Shown piece by piece: positions 23,964 through 36,795 of a DNA stretch of 64,000 bases. The position numbers and the translations under genes are program-made. This DNA comes from Pseudogymnoascus verrucosus. Lineage: Eukaryota. Numbering within the stretch: the first letter of the stretch is position 1; every line of letters begins with the position of its first letter. The stretch is taken from assembly GCA_001662655.1 (NCBI GenBank), contig KV460213.1. The stretch is one strand, 5' to 3'. Under the pieces are notes generated by a model. It saw nothing but the letters and a program-made list of their open reading frames with translations, ran no database searches and had not been told where the DNA came from.

Positions 23964-24360
23964 ATGCACATCGTTATCCTCTTTGCCGCTACGCCGCTAT
24001 CCTCACCCCCTCCCTTGCGGCCTACACCTGTCCTACCAAGAGTAGCCCCTTCAATACCCCCCGGTGCTGCACAATGAGCAGGAACACTCAATGCACGAAC
24101 CGTTCGCAACACCTCCCTACCCCCTACCATTTTCCATAACTAATCCACTCTGTAGCTTCACGAGTGCCGCAGGACTATGACGATTTTGGAAATCTCTGCC
24201 AGGAAGAAAACTCTAACACGTATCCGTCTTGCTGCGTTGTGAGTTGCCTGCCGTTCCTGTCTTACCGTAGAGATGTAGTTAGACGTACGTCGTAGAGAAG
24301 GCTAACTAGTGACCTACATAGGATATTCAAGGGGGTGACTGCATCTTAACCAGAGAATAA
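23964..24360 (+). pseudogene. Class II hydrophobin-like 8-Cys secreted protein, frameshifted in the signal peptide
   Basis: Exons 23964-24101, 24156-24238 and 24322-24360 give MHIVILFAA/AAILTPSLAAYTCPTKSSPFNTPRCCTMSRNTQCTNPSRVPQDYDDFGNLCQEENSNTYPSCCVDIQGGDCILTRE*. Frame break at 23991-23992; TATATATAA at ~23869. Confidence 0.75.
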
Positions 24361-24775
24361 AGAGAACCGATCGCATCTAAAGCAGAGTTCGGGGAAATAG
24401 GGTCTAGCTAGATATTTGGGCTACAGAATAACGGGCTATTGGCTCCAGTGACAGTCTATTTGTTACCGTGCCACAGTGACTGTCTGTTTGCTACTGTGTG
24501 ATAGGATCTACCAGTGCCATAGAGACTTTATAGAAACTTGTCGCATACCAACAAGTTATAATCTGAGAATACGTTTATGTGCTCGCCTAGAAACCATGAG
24601 AGAGATGTGAGAAAATAAACACGGACAAAGTAATATAGCTCCCCACACCAACAAAACATAAATGCGATGCTAATACATGACATGCAGATTAATATTAGAC
24701 CTAATGATTATAATCTATCTCGCCCTTGGATCAACCTGTGCCTATTCATCAATTTGAAGTAAATTTTAAATCTCT

Positions 24776-26789
24776 CTACGGACTCGTAGGTTTACTCTTC
24801 TCAGCCGCATCTAGCTCTACCCTAGGAACCTCAGACCCTGTCAGCTCGTAAGCTACATGCCCCTTCGATTCCTGATTCGCAACGCCTCCCGCATCCTGCA
24901 TTTGGTAGATCTGGGTATCATTCAACTCATGCGTCGGCTCATCTCCCGCATGCATCTGGTAGATCTGGGTATCATTTAACTCATGCTTCGGCACCTCCCC
25001 AAGATTTGATAGTTGATGACTCTGTATCGATTTTGAGTCGGCAATGATTGCATCATCGTCATTTGGGTCCACGGATGTGATCGTCTGCATTGAGGCTTGC
25101 TTTTGTCTCTGTTTCTTGAGAAAGAAATATCCACCGATTGCGAGGGCGAGGACGATGACGGCGGCCGCGACGCTTATACCTGCAATAGCACCGGTGCTAA
25201 GCCCGGATTTCGTCGATTCCGGGCTCCCTGTCGTTCCTTCCGTTCCAGTTGTCGATGGCCCTTCGCTGTTTACGGCTGTGGAGTCCTTTGATGCAGTCGT
25301 AACGACATTCGCTGCTGCGCCTTCAACCCACGAGCACGGCGACACTGAGAAATTTCCGCGCTCGTAGTCCACTGTTAGGTAACTAGTTTCATCTTCAGCA
25401 TCATATCTTGTCAATAGACGTAGGAAACTTACGCTTCTTGTAGAAATGTTCGTCCCAACGTGTATTGTGTCTCATTCGCCGCCTTCTTGAGCGGGAAATA
25501 GCGACTCGAGTTCGCGACCATGGGATATTCTGCTTTAAGATCGAAGGCAGAGTATGGAAGTACAATTGTAACCGCTTCCCCGCCGGTAGGCGTATCCGCG
25601 AGTCTAAATCTTACTTGCGCATTCTCCGTCAGCAATGTCTGGTGATGCGAGTCATTCACAAGGTATAGCCCAGTCGTATCGTCCAAAGTAAGACCGAAAG
25701 CTGTTTCGAATTGCTTGCAAGCAGTTTCGGGGAGCCAGAGGTTGGGGTCGGTAGAATCGATGAAAATTAGAATTGGCGAGGCGAGGAGGGATGCCTGGAC
25801 AGTGCCGCTGTAGGAGATGGATTGTAGAGAGACGACTATATCGCGACTGACATCTTGAGCGAGGGTGAAGGAGACGGAGTTGGAAGTAAACCGAGAAGTG
25901 TCGTAGCCGCCGAAAATCAGTTGTCCATATACCTGTTTGAGTCCTATTTGAGAAAACGTCAGGATTGAGATGGGAGAGTAGCGAGTAAGGTGAGTAGCAT
26001 ACGGTACATTGCCCCAGCTGTATAGCTCCAGCTAAGGCTAGGAATAACATTCTGATTCTTCAAAGACGTGAAGTAGGTCGGCCCTGTGGAATTACCAAGT
26101 GAGCTGAGGTTAGCTGGTTGGGTACCGAGGCCGAAAATTCCTCTGTCTGTATTAGTATGGTTTGATCGGGATCTTCTATATCAAGGAGGTCATACAAGTA
26201 GAAGGGCGACGTAGAAGCAATGCCTCCAACAGTCTGGTTTTTGAGCGTAACTCCATTTGCACCAGCTACCAAACCCAAGCCGAGTGTTTCCGTTCCGAAA
26301 TTTGCAGCTTGGCTATAGCCAAGATTGGCTTCAAGGCCAACACCATCTTGATTGATCGCAAAGAAACCGTTGTCAATCCATGTCGACGACGTGTTCGGAC
26401 TGAACATCATACCACGCGAGCTTGCGCAACCCGCTGGGACGGTTGCGAAGACCTTGGTTGAGCATCCATACTCAGACAGAACCACCAATGTCTCAGGGGA
26501 AGTTGTGGAAATCGTAACGCGGACATCTTGCTCTGGCGTCCCAACACGCAAGTTGAAAGTGCTCCATGGTCCATCGATGCCTTCACTAAATTTGCGAAAA
26601 TGTTAGCAACTCTCGATCAATTGTATTGAGAAAGCGGGTGACTGACAAGTATTGACTTGGCGGGATCACGAGGGCTTGGGCTAAGTCTGCCGTGTTTATA
26701 TTCTCACGGACCACAACGCTGTCTGGAACAGCATCACATATTCTGATCAGACACTGCGTGAAAAGCAGTGTTCCAAGAGCAGAATACAT
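24776..26789 (-). CDS. Pepsin-like (peptidase A1) type I membrane protein, probably catalytically inactive
   Basis: Signal peptide; motifs GIDGPWSTFNLRVGTPEQ, WSYTAGAMY, LIFGGYD, IDSTDPNLWLP and LGRTFLQEA. TM helix GAIAGISVAAAVIVLALAIGGYFFL; several GT-AG introns. Confidence 0.85.
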
Positions 26790-27742
26790 TTTGGTTTGAG
26801 TTTCTTTACGACGTTAAAAACGATGCAGCCATTTCGCAATTGAGGCGGGATGGAATGGATCCTAAACTATCACGACAACTCCGTTTTTCCGGGTTAGTCA
26901 CGCTCACAAGCCAACGAAGACAGTCTAGAAGACAGGAACGCCTTACCATGCCATACCTGTCAAGCATAACATGCCAAGGTAAGCTATCAATAAGCCATGT
27001 GAACCCGAGTTATTGTGTACTACGGATGCTATCCCTTGCTGACCCCTACTTATTGTGGGTTTATTAAGATTCACTTCGACGGTGAACCTAACACACCTAC
27101 AGGGAATAACGCCGAGGAAGTGCTATTTATGAGATGGAATATCCCGCCGATGTATGAGAACAGTATTTTGGATGATATAAGTGGGTTGCATTCTTTGTTA
27201 AGTGGGGTGGGACGGCTCGCCATCCGCCATCAATAGATGGGGTCACAGCGGATGGTTCTCACCCATCAAATGTGTCCGCATACGACGTTGGGTCGTTACT
27301 GAAGGATTCAGTCCCCTGGATGAAGCCATATGTTAGATCTGAGTGGTGGGCTGGATCGAAACCCCAGTTATTCAGGGGCAACCCAGACTTCAGCCTCACC
27401 TGGGCACGTATCAATACTATGTTCTGTACCATAGTGGGCAGGTGCAGCAAAATAATACAACGTAATGAAATTAATGGCTAGGCTAATTAGTCTCATGTGG
27501 AATCCTTCACTAGGATTGATATTCATAGGGCGTGGCAAGATAGTGGGAGAGCATGACGCCTCGTCTCCATCCATCGTGCAAGGTATACGAAGAGGCCTGC
27601 CTCGAAGCAAGAGCTAAGTGGCGGTGGTTCCTCTTTCTTTACTTCCATAACTGTGATCTTCGTTACTATTCCTGTTCCTGTTTTTGACCTACCTCACTGT
27701 CTTTACTTACATATTTGCTTGCTCTTTGGAGCCTGTTTAAAA

Positions 27743-29333
27743 ATGTCGTTCGCTTCAGCGCCTTGCGCATTGCTCGCGCTCTTCTTCTTCGCAAAGGCTA
27801 CTAATGCCGTTGGTATGTATCTCATAATGCCTTCTCCGCGGATCGAAGTCATGCCATTGCGCTTCTTCTAATATCTTGCAGCTGTTCCCGTAGGCGAAGT
27901 GAATTCCACGGCCGTTTCTGCCACATCTACCGGTCTGCCGTCAACCATCACTCAGGCCCCAAACTTGCCAATTTCGGATCAGGTGGTTCCAATCAACACA
28001 TGCTCTTACTACAATTCGACCATCAGTCAATACCAATGGAACGACCCATGGTGTAGCATGTAGGTTTTGCTTCTCCAAGGCGCATATTCGAGTCTTTAAC
28101 TAACACATCTAACAGCCAAGCTGGCACCGTTCAGCTCACTTACTGGCCAACGGATACGAACTACTCCTATCCAGCAACCATCTATGATTCCCAGCTGGAT
28201 TATACATTGTAAGAGAGGCCACTAGAGACTTATGGTTTTAGTAGAGCAGTTCGTTAACAAGCCATAGCACATCGCCTTCCGTGTACATGGTAGTTAACAC
28301 CATCTACGGTTGGAATCCATGCGGACCTCTCGGGCCTACAACTAGCAATGGAATCTTTGGCTTCGACCTCACCGACGTCTCGACGCTTGTCCCCTACGAC
28401 GATATGACGGCGACCACTCGCCGCGCCACGCGCCAACTCTATCTCAGCGATCTCGGCAAGAACTGTCCAACCACCGAAAACAGCGAGGCGATGACAAACA
28501 CCCACCCGGTGAAGAACGCTGATTCTCGCTGCAACCCAAACCTCGTTATCCCAAAGGCGATCAAGCAAATGGGGCTGCCATACTGGAACCATTGCGGCAA
28601 CGTCGGGAACAAGTTTGGGCTCTTCGATCCTCCGTATGCTATGCCAACACTAGACGGGCTTTTCCCAGTGACGACGACTGCACCTGTTGTGCCGCCAGTA
28701 GTACCAACTACATCAGCAGCTACAGGACCGACTGCTGTTCCGGACCTCCCTACGAACACGGTTGCTGTTCCTGAGCCGACTGCGCCAACCCCTGATGTCC
28801 CAGTTGTCAACAAGCCAACCCCTGACGTTCCTGTTGTCAACCAGCCAACCCCTGATACTCCAGTTGTCAACCAGCCAAACCCCGATACTCCAGTTGTCAA
28901 CCAGCCAAACCCCGACACACCTGTCGTATCCGTTCCAGCCGAAGTCTCTTCAGCCGCCGGCGCCGCACCAACACTGCCACAGCAAGTTGTCAGTCTCGGC
29001 CCTGGTGGATTCGAAGTCATCCACAGCGAGGGTGCCGTCCCTTCCACGTATTTGGTCCCTGCCATTGGCGCAACGGAAGTTGGCGTCGGTGTCGCACCTG
29101 CTTCCGTCGTCGTCTACCAAGGACAAACCGTGACCGCAGGAGGCGCCGCTGTCACAGTGACGAATCCGGCGGCGGAGGTGAATGCTGGTGGTAATGCTGC
29201 TGGAACTGAAGCGGCCACGGAGGCGGATAATGCTACGAGTACATCGCCGGTCTACTCCGGGTCTGCCAACAAAGTACTGGGTAGCACTGTTTGCCTCGGT
29301 GCGGGCTTTCTTGTTGCAGTCTTGATGCTCTAA
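27743..29333 (+). CDS. Secreted, probably GPI-anchored cell-wall protein with Pro/Thr/Val repeats (4 exons)
   Basis: Signal peptide MSFASAPCALLALFFFAKATNA; Cys-containing domain (VQLTYWP, TSPSVY, FDPP); C-terminal omega region and hydrophobic tail. Confidence 0.8.
28785..28927 (+). repeat. Coding 30-bp minisatellite (~4.7 copies; PTPDTPVVNQ)
   Basis: CCAACCCCTGATRYTCCAGTTGTCAACCAG-type units in tandem. Confidence 0.9.
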
Positions 29334-30881
29334 AAAATTAGTGATCCTGGATATTTATATTTACAGCACGTTCGTTAGTCACCGATCGCCACGATCTAAT
29401 GGATACATTTATTCACTATAAAGCCGAGCGCACGTACGAGTTTAGAGCCTATTCTAAACTCATAGTTGATGAATTTCAATGACTTGAATAATTTGTGGGT
29501 TCGAGGAGTTTTCTTGCTAGCTCTGTTCTGATTGTTGTTCGAGCTTCCGGGTTCATTTCGTGCGGCCGAGGCTCGCCTGGTATCTCGGTTTCTGTCACTT
29601 TTGTCATATTCCGGGACTTTTTCTAGCTATATTTATCAATAACGTTTGTTTGGATTATGCAGGGAGCTAGTTGATGTTAAGGGATTTTATATGATGATGG
29701 TGTTACTGGCCAGTTGGTGGTAAGGGGTATGAAGGGGTTCCTGTCGCGGGCCCTTACCTTTTGTATACTTTTTAAACCAGTGATGTTCTTACTTTAAGTA
29801 TAGTAATTACCAGCCCCTTATTATTTTGCCCCTAGTGGCGGTTCACAGATGTTGCCTGTGCCACAAGCACGTATATTATGGGCGTTAATTGTCAGCAGTC
29901 GTGAGTGACAGTGAGGCTTGCGTAAAGCTTCTTGGAGCCTGGGATATAGCATTTTCTCATAAAGACGGCGCAGCCCCGGATCCCGGGGGAACACAGAACC
30001 CTTTTAATTTCTCTTTTGAGAATAATTCTACGAAAAACCTGATATTATTAATTTTCTTGTGGTAGATTTTTCATCTATGCTGCAGTTGCTATTATTGCAC
30101 AGACTGAGACGAGACCAGGCTTGTTCTATATTCCCTGGTATTTGAATTTGTTTACTATACGGGTCTCTTGGATCGTTGATAACAAACACCCACGAGGTCA
30201 TTTTTGTGGGGAACAGCAGGAACAGGTCGTGTGCACGGTACCACTTTGCCACGGTACTTCCATCACCACCTCCACCGCGCTTAGGAGCTTGTACCCGAGC
30301 TTCCACTGCACTGCATTAGGTAATCGCTGAACCGACGGCGCCTATGCAACAAGGCTGTGGACAAGAGCTTCGAGACCAGGCCACACTACACAAACTATAC
30401 ACTGTACACCCTCTTCAATCTTCTGCACAACCAGTTTTTGTTTGTTTGTGCAGGAATCCAAGATACTGGAACCGAATAGAACGAGCCCGATTGATCGTTT
30501 GCGTCTGCGCCAAGGCTGACATAGAGACGCGGAATAGACGGCGCCTTTGGGAGACGCTGGCTGAGTGAGCTGCTGGGAAGCTTGAAGGCTGGTTCGGTCG
30601 ACAGGGAAGGAAGGAAAGGTTGGGTGAGCTGAGGTTATTTAAGGTGAGTCTGATGCTGGCGCTGCTCACAGAGGTCTACGAGGCTGTGATATATGCACTT
30701 CTACCTGCTTCAAGATGGGACTCTACATTACAGCCTTGATTCACCCTTTGTCAATGGCAAGCACACCAATGGCAAACACAAATAGCTAACTACTTCCCAG
30801 ACCTGCAGCTGAACACGGTCATACACGACCACCTCTCCTCCTAGCGATCTGCGCACAAACTCCCTCCAAAATACAAACACA

Positions 30882-33800
30882 ATGAACAACTTCGGCAATG
30901 GCAGCTTACATGCCCAGACCCCACACTCCGATGCCTTCTCCCGCTCTACCTCCCCTGGCCTTGGCTGGGACGGCAGCAGCAGCGACTCCGAGCGCGAGCA
31001 CCGCTACCGACCACGCACATTTCCTTACTTCAAGCTTCTACCATATCCCGTCGAAGCCGATACCGAACGCAATGTCGCCCTACAAGAGATCCTGAAGCAG
31101 CTATACACGGCGGTGCGGGCTGAGGACTTTGCACCGGGCGCGGTGCACTGGACGCGAGAGTTGAAGGGCTGGCTGGGTCTCAAGTTTGAGATCACGCGAG
31201 AACTGCGTGTTAAGCTGGCCAAGCTGTACTACATGCTCAGCCTTGCGCCTGGCCTGGACCCATCTTCCGCGGAGCGCTTCCTCACCATGTTCCTCGTGCT
31301 CACCAAGAAGAAGCACTACCTCAAGCCCGGAAAGGACCTCACCCTCGACTGGCGGCCACTGTGGAGTGAGATCCGCAGCCTCGTGCTGCCGACCGAGACG
31401 GCGCCGCATCAGAATTTGAGGAGGCGGCCCTCAAGGCATCTTGCGCGCTTCTGTATGCTGGCGCAGCTGTACTTTGATCCGCGGGAGCGGCAAGCGATGT
31501 TTGAGGAGATCTTCCCGTACTTCTCGACCTCGGAGGTGTCAGGGGCGTTCATCGTAGGGGGTGTATTGAATGTGCTCATGCCAACGACAGCGGCGCCGGA
31601 TGAGCCGGGTCAGCTGCAGCCAGCGGACTACTTACCAACCTTTTTCCACCTGTGGGCGCTGGTTAACAGGTCCAAGGTTTTCGATACTATCTTCATCGAC
31701 CTTTTCTCCCGGCTTGCACGCGATATCCTAGCATGTGAGCACGTCCCATTTAGTGAGCACGGTGTCTTCTCGAAGGCGCAATCAGATCTCATTTTCACCG
31801 CCATCCTACGCCTGACCGAGATCCCGGTCGGCCAAGCCTCATCACCGTACAGCGGCAACGTCGACCTCGGCGTCGGCGCGGCGCTATACCTCGAGCGAGA
31901 CAAGAAGAAGCATCCCATCGCATATACTATCTCGCGATGGATCGTAATGTCGCTGTCTCCCGCATGTCTGGACGCCCCGGGCTCCATCCTGGCAAACCTA
32001 GAAGGTCTCATAGAGTCGGTGGATACGTTCTTCCACCCGTCGAACCAGGGTGGCTGGACGACAATGCTATCGCAGCTGACGTACTACCTCGTCGACTTCT
32101 TCGTCATGCGCTGGAACCGCGAGCGCAGCGGCGAGATGGACACTCCACCCGAACGCAGACTGAACGATGCGCTGAAGCGCCGCTTCGTGCTGTGCCTCAA
32201 GGAAGTCACCTTCATGGGAATCTTTGCCAAGAGCTCCAAGTCGCTGAACCACTACCTCTCTGCCTTGCAGGGCCTAGCGTACCTGGAGCCTAGCGTAATT
32301 CTACCGGGTGCACTACAGCGCTTTTATCCATCGCTGCAAGGTCTGGTTGAGGTGCACCGCACGAGCTCGTCGTTACGGGGGCTGCAGATGGTGGCGCCTA
32401 TTATGGCGAGGGAGAAGGGCTTCCGCTGCCACATCACGGCACTGCTGGCACTCGCGCTGCCTGGCATCGATGCGAATGATCTGGATAAGACTATGAATAC
32501 TCTTACGTTCTTCCAGGCGGTCGCATATAGCATTCCCTTTGTTGATATCACGCGGCCAGACGGCGGGATACACGATACCTCATTGGCGATGCAGTGGGTA
32601 CAGGGCGAGATGGAGAAGATGGAGATTGAGGGCCAGGACGTGGTGCTGGACTACAAGGAGGGGCTCAGCGACGAGGACGAAGTTAATATCCTGCGTAGCT
32701 CCACCGCGGGCTTTGCGGAGTTTGTGCGCGCTCTGCTGGGCAAGATATTCACGCTGCTTGAGAACTTGCCCGATGCGGCGAGGGTCAGGAGCGGATCGCC
32801 CGAAGAAAACGTTATCAATACGCTCCCCGCTGCATTGACGCCGCTGTTCGCCGCAATGTCGCCGGAGGTCTTCGAAGTCGCGCTGGAGAAGCTGGCTGCG
32901 TTCGTAGGCGGACACGTCGTCCATCAGGCTCGCGATGCCGTGGCATTCATGACAAACGCTATGTGCAAGGCGAACCCGAAGAAGACGCTGCGTACCTTCG
33001 TACCTATGCTCATCGTCGGGATCCGCAACGAGATCGACCACAACGGCGCGGCATCCGACCGTAGTAGCGGCACCGACGTGCTGCCTCGCGACCGCGCGCT
33101 CGTATGGCACATCAGCATGCTCAGCATGATCATCGTGCACGTCGGAGCCGACGTCATGGACTACAAGACGGAGCTCTTTGACATCGCGCTGTACATGCAG
33201 GAGAAGTGCCGTGGACTGCCTACAGTGCACATCTCCAACTACATCCACCATCTCCTCCTGAACTTGACTCTCACGTACCCTGTCGACAACGCTCTGTACG
33301 AGCCTAGTGTGATCGCGCGCGGCGTTGACGCACAGGACTGGGGCCGCCAGACCCCGCTGTCGGAGCTTACCATCAACTGGCATCGCCCGTCCAAGGAAGA
33401 GATTGCCTTCGCGGTCGAGCTATTCGAGTCGCAGGTTAAGACGGCCACGGAAAGGTTAACGGATCTGATGAGCGATAATCCGTCTGTGAGCCGCAGCGGC
33501 AAGGTTAAAGTCTGGTCTGACGAGGTGTCTCGCAACCTAACACAACTGCGTCTCGTCATCTCGGGCCTTTCGGCGCTGTTCGATCCCAAGGAGGCGTCTG
33601 GGGAACGCGGCACGCATAAGGCGAATGGTGAGGGTGACGCGGATCGCGATCTGGATATGACGGATGCGGATGGGAACGAGGATGATGAAGAAAATAGTCT
33701 CCTTGCTGAAGGCGATGATGATGAGACCCGCCCGCAGTTCCATTACCAGGCGGGCTACCTCCTCCAGCCAGACAGCCCGGAATTCGTGCGCATCCACGTG

Positions 33801-36795
33801 CTGCGTAGCGAGGTTGGGCAGCTGCTGTCGCGCACTCATGCATTCCTCAACCAGCACCAGGAGGACGATGTCGCATGCTTCACGGCGCTATACAGCGCAT
33901 ACAAGGTGTGGATCACGGATGTTGGTACCGAGCGTTCGGCGCACACGCTCGACCGCGTGATAAAATTGTACAATGCCGATATCAACCCGTTCAAGGTCAG
34001 TGGCTTACGCAAGAACTACCCGCGTCCGCTTCTCATCAAGAGAGCCAGCGTGTACCATCTTCAGCGTGTTAGGCATAATGCGTCGGGGCGCCAGAAGTGC
34101 GGCACCGACAAGGCGCTGCTTCTCGACCTCACGCAGTCTAGCATGTCGCTCTACACGGAAGTGCGTCGCAATGCGCAGGCGGCAGCGGAGTCTGCGCTCA
34201 AGGTGCTCATTGGTGGGCGTCCATTGATTATTCCTCCGCTCCTGAAGGCGTTCAAGGCTGCTCTTGCGGCTAAAGACCTCGATCGCGTTAAGGGCGGTCT
34301 CTATACGCTGCTCTTTGGAAGCCTGCTCAAGACTATCTCGAAGGATTGGCGGGTTGCACCAGAGATGATTAGACTGTATCTTGAGGCATGCGCCGTGGAT
34401 AAAGCGTCCATCCAGAAGCTGACCGGCGGCGCATTGTTCGCGCTGTCCGAGTTTGGGAGGCCGCTGGAGCGGATGGTGATATTAGACGAGGAGTTGCTGG
34501 CGGATATCCAGCCATCTGAGTCGGTGGTTGCGGCGATCAACAGCAGACACGATTTCATCGTCGAGCGCCGCGCGGCGGTCGAGGCGAAGAAGAGAGAGTT
34601 TGCAGAGGAGCTGGTCGAGATGCTGAAGACGGCGCACTGGGCTGTTGCAAGCCGTTGTGTGCTGTTTATCAATAATATCGGGCTACGCTTCGAGACCATC
34701 GCGCCAGACTCGTTCATCGCCATCTCGGCGCAGGGCGCCATAGACACACATCCCGGGCTCCGCGCTTGCTACGCGGGGGCCTTCACACGCATCTTCTCGA
34801 CCATTGACCTCCGTGCCGTGTACGCGCACGAGTACAAGAACTTCCTCCTGGAGAAGGAGACGGAGCCAAACAAGATCCAAGTGCCTGTCGACCGCAGCGA
34901 CCCGAACCTGACGCAGAACTTCCTTGACAGCTTCGCCGACCCGGCAATGCCAGAGTACTTCGTCGATAGCGATCACCCCGGCTGGCTCGTGTGGGGCAAC
35001 AAGTTCAACGCCTTCACGGCGCGCCCAACGAAGCGTTTTGACGGGTACGACGAGCTCGAGATGAAGACGCGGATACACATCGGTAAGCTGATCACACGTG
35101 AGTGGTATGCGAAGTACTTTGCGTACCTGAAGCAGGAGCCGCGAGACACGCGATCGGACCAGTTCCGCATGGCCAGCGTTATGCTGCTGATGCACACGTT
35201 CGATCTTCTCTACGACGGGCTGACGGCGGCGACGCTGGAGGACGTGAAGGAGGAAGTCACGCGCGTGTTTGAGGATGGCAGTGACAAGCACCAGCATCGT
35301 GCGACGGCGGAGATTATAGGCGCCCTCCTTGCTGGCGTGATGGACGAGCCGCTGGAGCTGCGCGACAAGATCTGGGGATATGCGGTGCCGATTATGCAGG
35401 GTGTGTTTGCGGACGGGCTGACGCCAGAGAACATCGCATATTGGATGACGTGTCTGCATCTGATTACGAACTCGAAGGATCCACGGAGATTGCGCGAGGT
35501 TGTGGACCGTCTCGCGGCGTTCCGCCTCGACATGACATCCAATGCGGCGTTCAAAGAGAGCTCGAAGATACAGCTGCTGGAGTTTGCCATCGCGGACGCC
35601 GGGTGGCATTTCCGCCTCGAGAAGCCGATCGTGCAAGACTTTCTCGACCACATCGACCACCCGTACAAGAGCGTGCGTGAAGCTATGGGCCGTACCCTGG
35701 CAACCATCTTCCGCACACGCTACTACGAGTCGTTCAAGGACGTGCCGGCACTGTTGGCAGCGAACAAGGCCGAGTCGACGATCGGCATCGAGCCATACGT
35801 CCCCACCGACGAGTTTGCCGCGACCATCACAGGCGTCTTCACTCAGCTCGCGAAATGGCGCACAGAGCGCACCCCAGGCCAGCAAACACCATCCTCGTAC
35901 ACCTCCGGCTCCAAGACCGTCATGCTCTGGCTCGACACCACACTCTGCTCATATGAGTGCACGTCCCTCCTCCCGTTCTTCGCCGACACCTTCATGGAAG
36001 AGCTCCTGCACATGATGGACGTCAAAGAGGACCCCGAACTCCAGCGCCTCGCCTACCACGTCTACCGCCACCTCCCCAACATCCCCATCCGCGGCAGTGA
36101 CGCCGCCTTCATCGACGCCCTTATCCGCATCGGGCGCTCCAGCACCTCCTGGCACCAGCGTCTCCGCACGCTGATTAACATGCAAGTTCTCTACTTCCGC
36201 CGCATCTTCCTGATTGCGCCGGCCCAGCAATCCGCCCTCTTCGCGGCCGTCTCCGCTATGCTGCAAGACACCCAACTCGAGGTCCGCATGGGCGCCGCCA
36301 CTACTCTGGCAGGGATGATCCGCTGCTCGCCGCTCGCGCTCCGCACCTCGGCCATCACGGCGTTGATTAAGGAATTCTCGGATCTCCTGGACGCGAACCC
36401 GATGCCCCGCAAGCGACCCGGCACAGATACACCAGTCGACCACGCGAAGCAGGTCCTGAGGCGCCATGCGGCGGTGCTGGGATTGGGGGCGCTGGTGCAG
36501 GCGTTTCCGTATGCGACGCCGCCGCCAGCGTGGATGCCGGGGGTGTTGGCGATGTTGGCGAGGAGGGCGGCGGCGGATGCGGGGGCGGTGGGGAAGACGG
36601 TTAAGGGAGTTTTGGCGGATTTTAAGAAGACGAGGCAGGATACTTGGGGGACGGATCAGAAGGTTTGTTTTCTCCCCTTTTCTAATTTGGTACTACTTTT
36701 TAGTTTGGGGCGTTTGACTAACGGGTTTCTAGTACTTTACGCCTGAGCAGTTGGAGGATCTGGAGGGCGTGTTGTGGAAGAGCTACTTTGCCTGA
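30882..36795 (+). CDS. BLM10: Proteasome activator Blm10/PA200 (PSME4)
   Basis: ~1950-aa HEAT-like ORF with TFFHPSNQGGW, LPGIDANDLDKT and RRHAAVLGLGALV. Intron 36663-36732 gives the C-terminus ...LEGVLWKSYFA* (20S-docking HbYX-like end). Confidence 0.93.

Noticed and set aside
31025..36717. Many antisense and alternate-frame ORFs within BLM10 (also within SAS3, RPL8, the RfeF-like gene and the 15730 gene)
   Set aside because: Shadow ORFs caused by high GC3 codon bias.
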